Assembly (NCBI GenBank): GCA_963792415.1
Contig: CAWBVY010000006.1
Location: forward strand, 96,001-160,000
Reading direction: 5' to 3'
Source: Candidatus Deferrimicrobiaceae bacterium
Lineage (GTDB): Bacteria > Desulfobacterota > Deferrimicrobia > Deferrimicrobiales > Deferrimicrobiaceae
Length of the DNA: 64,000 bases
A program made the position numbers and the translations under genes. Position 1 is the stretch's first letter; each line of letters starts with the position of its first letter. Positions 1 to 13,579 of this stretch are shown piece after piece. The notes under the pieces are model-generated. The model saw nothing but the letters and a program-made list of their open reading frames with translations. It ran no database searches and had not been told where the DNA came from.

Positions 1-946
1 TCGGCTTGAATTCGAAGTAGTGGGTCGTGTCGATCACGCGGGTGGTGCGGGAGCGGGAGCGCATGACGACGGACTGTGTGTGCGCGCCGCCGCTGAAGAA
101 CCGGACGCCCCTCAGGAAATCGCCGAAGGTGACCCCGGTGGCGGCGAACATCACGTCACTGCTCGCGAGGTCGTCGAGGGAGTAGACGCGGTTCAGGTCG
201 GTGACCCCCATCCCCTTGGCGCGCTCGATCTCCTCCTTGTTCCGGAACTTGAGGATCCCCTGGAAGTCGCCGCCCATGCATTTCATCGCCGCGGCGGCGA
301 GGACCCCTTCCGGCGCGCCGCCCGTACCCATGAGGACGTCGACCCCGGACCCCTCTTTCGACGTCGCGATCGCCCCCGCCACGTCGCCGTCCCCGATCAG
401 CTTGATCCGCGCACCGGCTTCACGGACTTCCCGGATCAGATCCTCGTGCCGCGGCCGGTCGAGGATCACCACGCAGAGGTCCTCGACGTAGGCCTTCTGC
501 GCCTTGGCGATCCTGCGGAGGTTCTCCGTGGGGGTTGCCGTGATGTCGATCACGCCGCGCGCCTTCGGTCCCACCGCGAGCTTCTGCATGTACGTGTCCG
601 GAGCATGAAGAAACCCGCCCTCTTCCGCGATCGCGATCACCGCGATGGCGTTGTACCCGCCGGCGGACACGATGTTCGTCCCCTCGAGGGGGTCGACGGC
701 GATGTCGACTTTCGGGGTCTCCGACGCGCCGACCTCCTCCCCGATGTAGAGCATTGGGGCTTCGTCGCGCTCCCCTTCCCCGATGACGACGCGTCCCTTG
801 AACTGGACGAAGCTCAGCGCTTTCCGCATCGCGGTGACCGCCGCCTGGTCCGCGGCGATATTGTCGCCTCGTCCCATCAATCGCGCCGAGGCGAGCGCCG
901 CCGCCTCGGTCACACGGACGACCTCCAAGCCCAGGTTCCGATCCAT
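1..946 (-). CDS. glpX: Class II fructose-1,6-bisphosphatase (3' end runs off the window edge)
   Basis: Not in the ORF track. Manual minus-strand translation from ATG at 946 gives MDRNLGLEVVRVTEAAALASARLMGRGD..., with IGEGERDEAPML and VDPLEGT motifs; still open at position 1 (...VMRSRSRTTRVIDTTHYFEFKP). Confidence 0.95.
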   Translation of the reverse strand, partial: MDRNLGLEVVRVTEAAALASARLMGRGDNIAADQAAVTAMRKALSFVQFKGRVVIGEGERDEAPMLYIGEEVGASETPKVDIAVDPLEGTNIVSAGGYNAIAVIAIAEEGGFLHAPDTYMQKLAVGPKARGVIDITATPTENLRRIAKAQKAYVEDLCVVILDRPRHEDLIREVREAGARIKLIGDGDVAGAIATSKEGSGVDVLMGTGGAPEGVLAAAAMKCMGGDFQGILKFRNKEEIERAKGMGVTDLNRVYSLDDLASSDVMFAATGVTFGDFLRGVRFFSGGAHTQSVVMRSRSRTTRVIDTTHYFEFKP

Positions 947-977
947 CCTCAGGCCCCCTTTTCCCGTGAAATGTCGT

Positions 978-1367
978 TCAAAGCGGCAGCGTGCGGAACT
1001 CCGCGGGAGGCCGGACCGGTCTCCCGTCCCGTCCCGTGAAGGCGTGCACGGTATGCCCCGTCACCAGGGTAGTCCCGTCTTCCCGCTCGATCCGGTACCC
1101 GAACGTCAGGCGCACCCCCCGGACGTCCAGAATCTCCGCGTGGATCCGGAGCACGTCGTCGTACCGCGCGGATGCGTGGTAACGGGCGCTCGCCTCGATG
1201 ACGGGCAGAAGCACCCCCCGCTCCATCGTGACGAGGTACAGAAACCCTTTTCGTCGCATCAGCTCCGCACGGCCGACCTCGAACCAGCGAAGGTAATTCC
1301 CGTAATAGACGATTCCGGCGGCGTCCGTGTCGCCGAAGATCACCCGGACGGTGGCGACATGCTCCAC
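978..1367 (-). CDS. Acyl-CoA thioesterase, YbgC/FadM (4HBT hotdog) family
   Basis: VRVIFGDTDAAGIVYYGNYLRWFEVGR motif. GTG start at 1367 chosen for the AAGAAAGGGGGG SD; the ORF track extends to 1403. Confidence 0.9.
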   Translation of the reverse strand: MEHVATVRVIFGDTDAAGIVYYGNYLRWFEVGRAELMRRKGFLYLVTMERGVLLPVIEASARYHASARYDDVLRIHAEILDVRGVRLTFGYRIEREDGTTLVTGHTVHAFTGRDGRPVRPPAEFRTLPL

Positions 1368-1435
1368 GTGCCCCCCTTTCTTCTTACGGCGGGGGTACCC
1401 CAACAGCGCAAAGCTCGTATTGGGGCGAACTCCCG

Positions 1436-2641
1436 TCAGGCGAGCAGGTATTCGATCAGTCGCGTCCCCGCCGGGACGAACTGCCCCGAGTCCCGGCCGT
1501 CCGCTTCCGTGTACCGCCTCTCCGGGGTCGCGGCCAATCCGGGGGGCGCCGGGTAGAAGACGAACGGGACCGGCTCCTGCGCGTGGGTCCGGATGGCGAC
1601 CGGGGTCGGATGGTCCGGCAGGAGGAGGATCCGGAGGTCTCCCTTCTCCCGCGCTCTCGCAAGGATCGGGGTCAGCATCTCCTGGTCGATCCGCTCGATC
1701 GCGCGGATCTTCTCCTCGACGCTCCCGTTGTGTCCCGCCTCGTCGGGGGCCTCCACGTGGATCAGGACGAAGTCCTTCCGATCGAGCTCGCGAAGGGCGT
1801 ATTCCGCCTTTCCCCGGTAGTTCGTGTCGAAGTATCCGGTGGCGCCCGGCACGGCGACCACTTCGAGACCCGCGTAGATCCCGATCCCCTTGATGAGGTC
1901 CACCGCGGCCACCACGGACCCGGTCAGGCCGAACTTCTCCTCGAACGTGGAGATGCGGGGGGCCTTCCCCTGCCCCCAGAGCCAGACGCCGTTGCCGGGA
2001 AGCTTTCCCTCGGCCGCCCTCTTTCGGTTCACGGGGTGGCCGGAGAAGAGTTCGCGGGAGATCTCCATGATCGTCAGGAGGAATTCCGCGCCGTCCCCCT
2101 GTGGAAGATACGGGGTGATCTTCTTCCCGTGGATGTCGTGCGGCGGGGTCGTCTTCACACCGTCGCTCCCCCCGGGCCAGACCATGAGGTGGCGATACGA
2201 GACGCCCGTGTGAAACCGGACACCCTTGTCGGCAACCGCCTCCTGAAGGGAGGCGAGGAGCTCGGCCGCCTCGCCGGTGGTGATATGCTCGGCGGAGAAA
2301 TCCTCCATCTCGGAGTCGGCCCCGTCGTTTTTCAGCGCCACCAGATTGCAGCGGACCGCGACGTCGTCCGGGCCGAGGGAGATGCCGATGGAGGCCGCCT
2401 CGAGCGGAGAGCGGCCGGTGTAGACGACGGCGGGGTCATACCCCAGGATGCTCAGATTCGAAACGTCGCTGCCCGGGTACATCTCCTTCGGTACGACCTG
2501 GACCATCCCGACGGCTCCGTTGGCCGCCATGAAGTCCATGTTCGGTATCGAAGCGGCCTCGAGCGGCGTGCGGTTGCCGATCGCCGGGATCGGCCAGTCC
2601 GCCATGCCGTCGCCGATCAAAATGATGTATTTCGCACCCAT
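1436..2641 (-). CDS. apgM: Cofactor-independent phosphoglycerate mutase, ApgM family (clade proposed to act as homoserine kinase)
   Basis: GDGMAD...TPLEAA, PGSDVSNLSILGY, HVEAPDEAGH and PDHPTP...H metalloenzyme motifs; directly downstream of thrC. Confidence 0.88.
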   Translation of the reverse strand: MGAKYIILIGDGMADWPIPAIGNRTPLEAASIPNMDFMAANGAVGMVQVVPKEMYPGSDVSNLSILGYDPAVVYTGRSPLEAASIGISLGPDDVAVRCNLVALKNDGADSEMEDFSAEHITTGEAAELLASLQEAVADKGVRFHTGVSYRHLMVWPGGSDGVKTTPPHDIHGKKITPYLPQGDGAEFLLTIMEISRELFSGHPVNRKRAAEGKLPGNGVWLWGQGKAPRISTFEEKFGLTGSVVAAVDLIKGIGIYAGLEVVAVPGATGYFDTNYRGKAEYALRELDRKDFVLIHVEAPDEAGHNGSVEEKIRAIERIDQEMLTPILARAREKGDLRILLLPDHPTPVAIRTHAQEPVPFVFYPAPPGLAATPERRYTEADGRDSGQFVPAGTRLIEYLLA

Positions 2642-2652
2642 CGTCGTCTCCT

Positions 2653-3708
2653 TCAGAAACCGAGGATCCTGAGGACGTCCCCGAGAACGGGGGGGATCGT
2701 CACGGGCGCGACCGACTGCGCGATGGCGTTGTCCGGGTCCTTCAGGCCGTGCCCGGTCAGCGTGCAGACGAGTCGCTCCCCCCCCCGGAAAAAGCCTTCG
2801 GCCCCCAACTTTATCACGCCGGCGATCGAGGCGGCCGACGCGGGCTCGCAGAAGATCCCTTCCGTCTCGGCGACCATTTTATACGCTTCGAGGATCTCCG
2901 CGTCGCTCACCATCCGGATGAGCCCCCCGGACTCGTCGCGCGCGGCTTCCGCCTGCCTCCACGATGCGGGGTTGCCGATACGGATCGCGGTGGCGACCGT
3001 CTCGGGCTTCGGGACAGGGGCTCCCCGGACGATCGGGGCCGCCCCTTCCGCCTGCCAGCCGAGCATCGCGGGAAGGCGGCTTGACTTCCCGGCGGCCCGG
3101 TACTCCTTGTACCCGGCCCAGTACGCGGTGATGTTTCCCGCGTTCCCCACCGGAAGGATGTGGTAGTCGGGGGCGTCCCCGAGCGCGTCGACGATCTCGA
3201 ACGCGGCCGACTTCTGCCCTTCGATCCTGTACGGATTCAGGGAGTTCACCAGGGTCACGGGATACTTTGCGGAGACTTCCATGACGAGGGAAAGGGCATC
3301 GTCGAAGTTGCCCAGCACCTGCAGCACCTGCGCTCCGTGGATCATCGCCTGGGAGAGCTTCCCCAGCGCGATCTTCCCCTCGGGGATGAGCACGAACGCC
3401 CTCATCCCGGCGCGCGCCGCGTAGGCGGCCGCGGAGGCGGAGGTGTTCCCTGTGGATGCGCAGATGACCGAATCGGAACCGTCCGCCTTCGCCTTCGAGA
3501 CGGCCATCGTCATCCCGCGGTCCTTGAAGGAACCGGTCGGGTTCAGCCCCTCGCATTTCAGGTACAGCGAGGTTCCCGGAGCGACCCGGCGGGCCAGCGC
3601 CGGGGCCGGAACGAGGGGGGTGTTCCCCTCCAGCAGCGTGACAACCGCCTCCTCGGGAACGGAGGTGAAGAAACGCCCGTAATGGCGGATGATTCCTTCC
3701 CAGTGCAT
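2653..3708 (-). CDS. thrC: Threonine synthase
   Basis: [16 protein letters not shown]-lysine motif, [22 protein letters not shown]. Confidence 0.96.
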   Translation of the reverse strand: MHWEGIIRHYGRFFTSVPEEAVVTLLEGNTPLVPAPALARRVAPGTSLYLKCEGLNPTGSFKDRGMTMAVSKAKADGSDSVICASTGNTSASAAAYAARAGMRAFVLIPEGKIALGKLSQAMIHGAQVLQVLGNFDDALSLVMEVSAKYPVTLVNSLNPYRIEGQKSAAFEIVDALGDAPDYHILPVGNAGNITAYWAGYKEYRAAGKSSRLPAMLGWQAEGAAPIVRGAPVPKPETVATAIRIGNPASWRQAEAARDESGGLIRMVSDAEILEAYKMVAETEGIFCEPASAASIAGVIKLGAEGFFRGGERLVCTLTGHGLKDPDNAIAQSVAPVTIPPVLGDVLRILGF

Positions 3709-3724
3709 TTTGCCTCGGTTCCTT

Positions 3725-5044
3725 TTAGAGATTGTTTTCGATCCGGATCATCCGCGTCCGGTCGAGGACGTCGGGGAGACGGTCCGCCTCGGCCAGCGCC
3801 GCCCGCATGTCGCTCTCCTTCGCCCGATGGGTGACGATGAAGATGGGAACCGCGGACTGCCCCTGCCCCTTCTGGAGAACGGATGCGATGCTGATCGAGT
3901 GCGTCCCCAGGACACCCGCGATTCTGGAGAGAACCCCGGGCTTGTCCACCACCCGGAATTTCAGGTAGTACTCGCTTTGGACCTGTTCGAACGGCGCGAG
4001 ATCGGCCTGGAGCGACGGATCCGCGAGGAAGAACCCCCCGGGCGGTACCCGGCCCGCGCACCCCCGCCGAAGGTTCCGGGCGAGTTCGATCACGTCGCTC
4101 ACGACCGCCGACGCCGTCGGCAGCATTCCCGCGCCTTGCCCGTACGACAGGGAGGAGCCGACGAAATCCCCCTTTACGTAGATCGCGTTGTAGGCGCCGT
4201 CGACCATGGCCAGCGGAGAATGGGACGGGATCATCGTGGGGTGGACCCGGGCCTCGATCCCCGCGCCGTTCTCCTTCGCGATCGCCAGCAGCTTGATCGT
4301 GTACCCGAACTCCTTCGCGAAAGAGATGTCGTCCCGGTCGACCTCGCGAATTCCCTGGACGAAGATCTCCTTGAGGGGAACGTGCCCGCCGGTGGCGAGC
4401 CAGACGAGGATCGCCAGTTTGTGCGCGGTGTCGATCCCGTCGACGTCGAACGATGGGTCCGCCTCGGCGAGCCCGGCCGCCTGGGCTTCGGCAAGAACCT
4501 CGGAGAACGGCTTCCCCTCCCTGGTCATGCGCGAAAGGATGTAGTTGCACGTTCCGTTGATGATCCCGAAGATCGCCCGGATCCGGTTCGCCGCCAACCC
4601 TTCCCGAAGGGTCCGGATGATGGGGATCCCCCCGCCGACGCTCGCCTCGAATCCGATGTCCACCCCGGCGGCCTCGACGGCCTTGACGATTTCCGGGCCG
4701 CACTCCGCGAGCAGGGCCTTGTTTGCCGTCACCACCGATTTCCCGTTTCGGACGGCCTCGAGCAGGAAGTCTTTCGCGGCGCCCGTGCCGCCGACGAGTT
4801 CGACGAGGATCTGGACATCGGGATCCCGGACAACCCGCATTCCGTCCGCGATGAATACGCCCTCCGGCAGGGGAACGCCCCGATCCCTCGTGGTGTCCTG
4901 GTCCGCGACCCGGACGAGCCGGACAGGGATCCCGACGCGCTTGCGGAGGTGTTCCGCGTTCTCGAGTAGAAGTTTTACCGTGCCGGTGCCGACGGTGCCG
5001 AAACCGACGACGCCGACCCCGATCTCCCTGGGGAAAGCGGTCAT
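3725..5044 (-). CDS. hom: Homoserine dehydrogenase with C-terminal ACT domain
   Basis: [48 protein letters not shown]; ACT domain [13 protein letters not shown]. Confidence 0.96.
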   Translation of the reverse strand: MTAFPREIGVGVVGFGTVGTGTVKLLLENAEHLRKRVGIPVRLVRVADQDTTRDRGVPLPEGVFIADGMRVVRDPDVQILVELVGGTGAAKDFLLEAVRNGKSVVTANKALLAECGPEIVKAVEAAGVDIGFEASVGGGIPIIRTLREGLAANRIRAIFGIINGTCNYILSRMTREGKPFSEVLAEAQAAGLAEADPSFDVDGIDTAHKLAILVWLATGGHVPLKEIFVQGIREVDRDDISFAKEFGYTIKLLAIAKENGAGIEARVHPTMIPSHSPLAMVDGAYNAIYVKGDFVGSSLSYGQGAGMLPTASAVVSDVIELARNLRRGCAGRVPPGGFFLADPSLQADLAPFEQVQSEYYLKFRVVDKPGVLSRIAGVLGTHSISIASVLQKGQGQSAVPIFIVTHRAKESDMRAALAEADRLPDVLDRTRMIRIENNL

Positions 5045-6237
5045 TTCGACTTTGCCTTCGGCGGCGACTGGAGAATCCCCTTCACGCCGCGGATCGCCTG
5101 CCGTATCCGGTGCTCGTTCTCCACCAGCGCGAACCGGACGAACCCTTCCCCATGCTCCCCGAAGCCGATTCCCGGCGAGACCGCGACCTTGGCCTTCGTC
5201 AGGAGAAGCTTCGAAAACTCGACGGAGCCCATCTCACGGAACGGTTCGGGGATGGGCGCCCACACGAACATCGTCCCCTTCGGCTTCTCGAACTCCCACC
5301 CGATGCGCGCGAATCCCTCTACGAGGCAATCCCTGCGCTTCCGATAGATCTCTACGGCCTCGTCGACCACGCGGTTCGGCCCGTTGAGCGCCACGGTGGC
5401 GGCTACCTGGATCGCCTGGAAAATCCCGTAGTCGAGGTAGCTCTTCATCCGGGTCAGCGCTCCGACCATCCGCTTGTTTCCGACGACGAACCCGACGCGC
5501 CAGCCGGGCATGGAGTATCCCTTCGACATGGAATACATCTCCACGGCCACGTCCTTGGCCCCGGGGAGCTGGAGGATCGAGGGGGCCTTGTACCCGTCGA
5601 AGACGAGGTCCGCGTAGGCGAGATCGTGGATGACCAGCAGCTTGTTCTCCTTGGCGAACGCGACGACGCGCTTGAAGAAATCGAGGTCCACCACCTGGGT
5701 CGTCGGGTTGTGGGGAAAGGAGAGGATCATCATCTTCGGCCGGGGCCACATCGTCTTGATCGCCCGCTCGGCGCGCTCGACGAAGTCCCCCTCCCCGCTC
5801 GTGAGGGAGATCGTCCGGACGTCCGCCCCGGCGATGATCACGGAATAAGAGTGGATCGGGTACGACGGGCTGGGGACGAGAGCGATGTCCCCGGGGCCCA
5901 TCGTGGCCAGTACGAGGTGGGACAACCCCTCCTTCGCTCCGATCGTGGCGATCGTTTCCGTTTCCGGGTCGAGCTCCACGTTGTATTTCCGCTTGTACCA
6001 GCTGCAGATGGCCAGCCGCAGTTTCGGGATGCCGCGGGAGAGGGAATAGCGGTGGTTCCGGGGATTGCGCACCGCCTCGACAAGCTTGTCGACGATGTGC
6101 TTCGGCGTCGGCAGATCGGGGTTTCCCATCCCCATGTCGATGATGTCCTCGCCGGCGTGGCGCAATTTCGACTTGAGCTCGACGACAACCGCGAAAACGT
6201 ACGGAGGCAGACGCTGGATTCTCCGGAACTCTTCCAT
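5041..6237 (-). CDS. alaC: PLP-dependent class I/II aminotransferase, AlaC-like
   Basis: [47 protein letters not shown]; ATG at 6237 after a GGGGAG SD. Confidence 0.85.
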   Translation of the reverse strand: MEEFRRIQRLPPYVFAVVVELKSKLRHAGEDIIDMGMGNPDLPTPKHIVDKLVEAVRNPRNHRYSLSRGIPKLRLAICSWYKRKYNVELDPETETIATIGAKEGLSHLVLATMGPGDIALVPSPSYPIHSYSVIIAGADVRTISLTSGEGDFVERAERAIKTMWPRPKMMILSFPHNPTTQVVDLDFFKRVVAFAKENKLLVIHDLAYADLVFDGYKAPSILQLPGAKDVAVEMYSMSKGYSMPGWRVGFVVGNKRMVGALTRMKSYLDYGIFQAIQVAATVALNGPNRVVDEAVEIYRKRRDCLVEGFARIGWEFEKPKGTMFVWAPIPEPFREMGSVEFSKLLLTKAKVAVSPGIGFGEHGEGFVRFALVENEHRIRQAIRGVKGILQSPPKAKSK

Positions 6238-6267
6238 GGAATACTCCCCTGTCAAGTGTAAACAGTT

Positions 6268-6296
6268 ATGCTAATGAATCGCGTCCTTTAAGTCAA
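6268..6296 (-). promoter_or_regulatory. Sigma70-type promoter of the alaC-hom-thrC operon
   Basis: Minus strand TTGACT-N17-TAGCAT in an AT-rich stretch about 30 bp upstream of alaC. Confidence 0.7.
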
Positions 6297-6403
6297 TTTG
6301 AGGGGGCATGCCGTGCGGAAACCCTTGCAGCGGGGAAGGTTTGTCTCCCGCTGCCGGGAAGGAGAGTTTTCCCGCTTCCGGCCCCGGGCGGGAAAAGGGT
6401 CGG

Positions 6404-7390
6404 CTACCGGTGTACCGCCTTCATCGCCTGCTCGGGATAGCGGGTCCCCGCGGCGGCTCCCACAGGAAACGCCGTATCGAGCAGGGACACCTCCCCGGGT
6501 GTCAACGATACCTCCAGGGCGCCGACGTTTTCCTCCAGGCGGTTCCGGTGCTTGGTTCCCGGGATCGGAAAGATGTCGCTTCCCCGGGCCAGCAACCACG
6601 CCAGGGCCAACTGGGCAGGACGGCACTTATTCGCGGCGGCCATCTCCGCGATACGGTCTACCAGGACGAGGTTGCGGGACAGATTTTCCCCGGCAAAACG
6701 GGGGGAGTTGCGCCGGTAGTCGCCTTCGGCGAGGTCGTCCAGTTTCCGGATCGCACCGGTCAAGGCTCCCCTGCCGAGCGGGCTGTACGCGACGAAGGAT
6801 ATGCCGTTTTCTCGACAGGTCGGGAGCACCTCGGCCTCCGGATCGCGGGTCCAGAGCGAATACTCCGTCTGCAACGCCGCGATCGGGTGAACGGCGCAGG
6901 CCCTGCGGATCGTCGCGGGCGCCGCTTCGGACAGACCCAGATACCGGACTTTTCCCTGCCGCACGAGCTCCGCCATGGCTCCGACCGTTTCCTCGATCGG
7001 GGTTTCCGGATCGACCCGGTGCTGGTAATACAGGTCGATGACGTCCACCCCGAGGCGCAGCAGGCTGGATTCGCAGCACGAACGGACGTAGTCGGGTTTC
7101 CCGTTCACCCCCAGCCAGCTCCCGTCCTTTCCGCGAACATTGCCGAATTTCGTCGCCAGCACGGCCTGCTGCCGACGCCCGCGCAGCGCCTTCCCGACGA
7201 GTTCCTCGTTGCGTCCTAGCCCGTAGATGTCCGCCGTGTCGAGGAAATTGACCCCCAGCTCAAGGGCGCGGTGGATCGTGCGGATCGATTCCGCCTCGTC
7301 GCCCGGACCGTAGAACTCCGACATTCCCATGCAGCCCAACCCCAACCGGGACACCAGCAAGTCGCTCTTTCCGAGAGGCAGTTTCGTCAT
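6404..7390 (-). CDS. Aldo/keto reductase
   Basis: [41 protein letters not shown] and PIPGT motifs. Confidence 0.95.
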   Translation of the reverse strand: MTKLPLGKSDLLVSRLGLGCMGMSEFYGPGDEAESIRTIHRALELGVNFLDTADIYGLGRNEELVGKALRGRRQQAVLATKFGNVRGKDGSWLGVNGKPDYVRSCCESSLLRLGVDVIDLYYQHRVDPETPIEETVGAMAELVRQGKVRYLGLSEAAPATIRRACAVHPIAALQTEYSLWTRDPEAEVLPTCRENGISFVAYSPLGRGALTGAIRKLDDLAEGDYRRNSPRFAGENLSRNLVLVDRIAEMAAANKCRPAQLALAWLLARGSDIFPIPGTKHRNRLEENVGALEVSLTPGEVSLLDTAFPVGAAAGTRYPEQAMKAVHR

Positions 7391-7432
7391 CGTCCGTTCT
7401 CCTGTTCCTGAATGCGAAGATTCAAAAGCAGC

Positions 7433-7771
7433 TCAGATGGGAACCTTTCGCACCTGCTCCCACGCCGGGGTGGAGGGGACGGGCGGGTGTCCCGGTGGGA
7501 GTCCGGATGGCGCCTCGCGGTACTCGGGGGACTCCCCGGGGAATCCTCCTCCGGTCCCGAACCGGCGCCCTCGCGTATGGCCTCCGTAGGCGTCGCACCT
7601 GCCAACGGAGGCGAGAATCTCCCCGTCATGGCGCGTCACGCATACCGGAGTGCCGTGGATGTAGATCTGGCTAGAGGAAAAGTCGATGCGCTGGGTGTAC
7701 GCCGCGTGCCAGAGGAAGATGCCCGTGATGCCGAACACGACGATCAAGGCCGCCGCAAGGATGGTTTTCAT
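7433..7771 (-). CDS. Hypothetical membrane-anchored/exported protein with LPPGHPPV motif
   Basis: ATG at 7771 with AGGAGG SD; N-terminal hydrophobic stretch MKTILAAALIVVFGITGIFLW; 112 aa. Confidence 0.7.
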   Translation of the reverse strand: MKTILAAALIVVFGITGIFLWHAAYTQRIDFSSSQIYIHGTPVCVTRHDGEILASVGRCDAYGGHTRGRRFGTGGGFPGESPEYREAPSGLPPGHPPVPSTPAWEQVRKVPI

Positions 7772-7904
7772 CGGGTGCACCTCCTGGTATTTACTTTTTG
7801 ATGCAACTGCGGCGGCGGGAGATTCCGTGTCAGGAACCGGGCATTGGCATATGGCGCACGGCAAGTATAGAATGTGAATATCCTGAACGATGAAGGAGGA
7901 TTCC

Positions 7905-8138
7905 ATGGCCGTACAGAAAGCGATCGGGAAGAAAATCTCCGGCATCGAAGTCCAACTCAAGAAACGCGTCCGTTCGCTCGAGAAGGACCTCACGAGCCTC
8001 GTCAAGAAACTGGAAAAAAAGGAAAGCGAGGTGAAGAAACTCAAGGAGAAGATGACCAAGAAATTCGTGAAGAACGTAAAGAAAAACGCGAAAAAGGCCA
8101 AGAAGAAGGTATCGAAGCGATTGACCAATATCTTCTGA
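7905..8138 (+). CDS. Small Lys-rich coiled-coil protein (possible nucleoid-associated protein)
   Basis: AAGGAGG SD before ATG at 7905; 77 aa with 25 Lys; codon usage fits the host; the only credible plus-strand gene in the window. Confidence 0.75.
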   Translation: MAVQKAIGKKISGIEVQLKKRVRSLEKDLTSLVKKLEKKESEVKKLKEKMTKKFVKNVKKNAKKAKKKVSKRLTNIF

Positions 8139-8172
8139 TCGGAGCGGTTTCTTCCTTGGGCCTTGAAGAGAG

Positions 8173-10278
8173 TCAATCCCTGGAGGAAGGAGCGGGATTC
8201 CCTCCGCCCTCCGACGTCGTTCGCATTTCGAGGAACCGCCGGATCCCGGCGTGATCGGGGGCTGAAAGGAAAGGATCCTCCCGCTGCAGTTCCGCCGCGA
8301 TCTCCTTCGCCTGGTGGAGGATCGAGGCGTCCCGCACGAGGTCCGCGAAGACGAGGTCGGGGATTCCGGACTGCCGCACGCCGGCGAAGTCTCCCGGTCC
8401 GCGAATGCGGAGGTCCTCTTCCGCGATCCGGAAACCGTCGGTGGTCTTCTCCATGACGGACAGGCGCGCCGCCGCTTCCTCCCCCTGGTCTCCCCCCGCC
8501 ATAAGGAAGCAGGACGACGGCCGGGTCCCGCGCCCCACTCTTCCCCGCAGCTGGTGCAGCTGCGAAAGGCCGAACCGTTCCGCGTGCTCGACGACCATCA
8601 TCGTGGCCTCCGGTACGTCCACCCCCACCTCGACGACCGTGGTGGAGACGAGCAGCTGAAGGTCGCCGTCCTTGAACCGCCCCATCGTCTGTTCCTTCTC
8701 CGCCGCCTTCATCCGTCCGTGCAGCAATCCCACCCCCACGCCGGGGAACGCTTCCCGAAGCCGCTCGGCGGTGCGCGTGGCGTCCCGCAGGGAAATCTTG
8801 TCGGACTCCTCCACGAGCGGGAGGACGACGTACGCCCTCCCGCCCCGAGCGATCTCCCTGCGGATCTCCTCAAAGACCTTCCGTCGACCATCCTCCGCGA
8901 CGACCTTCGTGCGGACCGGAATCCTTCCGCGAGGCATCTCGTCGAGCACCGAGACGTCGAGGTCGCCGTACAACGTGATCGCGAGCGTCCGCGGGATCGG
9001 TGTGGCGGTCATGACGAGGAGATGCGGGGAGATCCTTCCCTTCCTGCGGAGGGAGGCGCGTTGCAGCACCCCGAAACGGTGCTGCTCATCGATGACGCCC
9101 AGCGCGAGGTTCCGGAACGCGACACTTTCCTGGATCAGGGCGTGCGTTCCCACGACGATGTCCGCCTCCCCGTCGCGGATCCGTTTTCGCACCGCCTCCC
9201 GTTCCTTCGGCGGCAGGGCGGCGGAGAGGAGCGCGACCCGGACCGGCAATCCCGCCGACCGCTCCAGGAACCTCCGGTAATGCTGCTCCGCCAGGATCTC
9301 CGTGGGCGCCATCACCGCGGCCTGCACGCCGTGCCGCCAGGCGACCATCGCGGCGATCCAGGCGACGATCGTCTTCCCGCTGCCGACGTCCCCCTGCAGG
9401 AGCCGGTGCATCGGGTGCGGCTTACCGAGGTCTTTCAGGATTTCGTTCACCACCCGCCGCTGGGCGCCGGTCAGGTCGAACGGGAGCCGCCGCTTGATCT
9501 CGTCGACGATCTCGCGGTCCCACGGGAGCGGAATCGCCTTCTCCCGCTCGGTCCCCGCCCGCCGGAGAGCCAGCGCCCACTGGAGGGCGAACAGTTCGCC
9601 GAAGATCAGGCGCCGCTGCTGGGGGGAGGAGAATTCCCGGAAGCGCTCCGCGTCGGCGTCGTCGCGCGGGAAGTGGATGGAGGCGAGAGACTCCTGGAGA
9701 GGTGGAATCCCGACCCGCGCGAGGATGCCGGATGGGAAGCACTCGATCTCCTGTGCGGCGTGCCGCTGGACCACCTCCCACTGGATCTTGCGGAGGACCC
9801 GCGGCGGAACCCCTTCCACCTCCGGGTAGACGGGGACGATGCGGCCGGAATGGACCGGGTCGGCGGCGTCTTCCTCCGCGAGGATCTCCGGGTGGTGCAT
9901 TTCGGGAAAGAAGCGGAACCACCGCGTGGGCCCGCAGAGCGTCACCGACTCCCCGACCCGGAATCGTTCGACGAGGGAGGGATGGAAGCGAAACCATTTC
10001 GCCGAGAGTCGCCCGGTCCCGTCGGCGATCACCACCTCGAGAACCCTTGTCGGGCGGAACATTTTCCCTCCGCCCTGCACGGAAAGGACTTTCCCGCGGA
10101 CGGGCACGGTCATCCCCGCCCGGAGCTCCCGGATGGGGATCACCTTGCGCCGGTCTTCGTAATCCTTCGGGAAGAAGTAGAGGGCGTCGTGCGGCGTCCG
10201 GATCCCCCGGGCGGCAAGCTTCTCCCCCAGGCGGGGCCCCACCCCCTTGACGTACTGGATGGGGTACGGTGCGGTCAC
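8173..10278 (-). CDS. recG: ATP-dependent DNA helicase RecG
   Basis: GVGP N-terminus, OB wedge, QGDVGSGKT, DEQHRFG, MTATPIPRTL, QLHQLRGRVGRG, RGPG motifs. Confidence 0.97.
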   Translation of the reverse strand: MTAPYPIQYVKGVGPRLGEKLAARGIRTPHDALYFFPKDYEDRRKVIPIRELRAGMTVPVRGKVLSVQGGGKMFRPTRVLEVVIADGTGRLSAKWFRFHPSLVERFRVGESVTLCGPTRWFRFFPEMHHPEILAEEDAADPVHSGRIVPVYPEVEGVPPRVLRKIQWEVVQRHAAQEIECFPSGILARVGIPPLQESLASIHFPRDDADAERFREFSSPQQRRLIFGELFALQWALALRRAGTEREKAIPLPWDREIVDEIKRRLPFDLTGAQRRVVNEILKDLGKPHPMHRLLQGDVGSGKTIVAWIAAMVAWRHGVQAAVMAPTEILAEQHYRRFLERSAGLPVRVALLSAALPPKEREAVRKRIRDGEADIVVGTHALIQESVAFRNLALGVIDEQHRFGVLQRASLRRKGRISPHLLVMTATPIPRTLAITLYGDLDVSVLDEMPRGRIPVRTKVVAEDGRRKVFEEIRREIARGGRAYVVLPLVEESDKISLRDATRTAERLREAFPGVGVGLLHGRMKAAEKEQTMGRFKDGDLQLLVSTTVVEVGVDVPEATMMVVEHAERFGLSQLHQLRGRVGRGTRPSSCFLMAGGDQGEEAAARLSVMEKTTDGFRIAEEDLRIRGPGDFAGVRQSGIPDLVFADLVRDASILHQAKEIAAELQREDPFLSAPDHAGIRRFLEMRTTSEGGGNPAPSSRD

Positions 10279-10306
10279 CGCGCCCCTCTGGGGCGGAATG
10301 CGGGAG

Positions 10307-13578
<3,272 letters not shown>

Positions 13579-13579
<1 letters not shown>

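Noticed and set aside
7433-8176. 247-aa minus-strand ORF with a Phe-rich N-terminus
   Set aside because: The Phe-rich part is the antisense of the Lys-rich plus-strand gene. Only the portion from ATG 7771, which has an SD, is retained.
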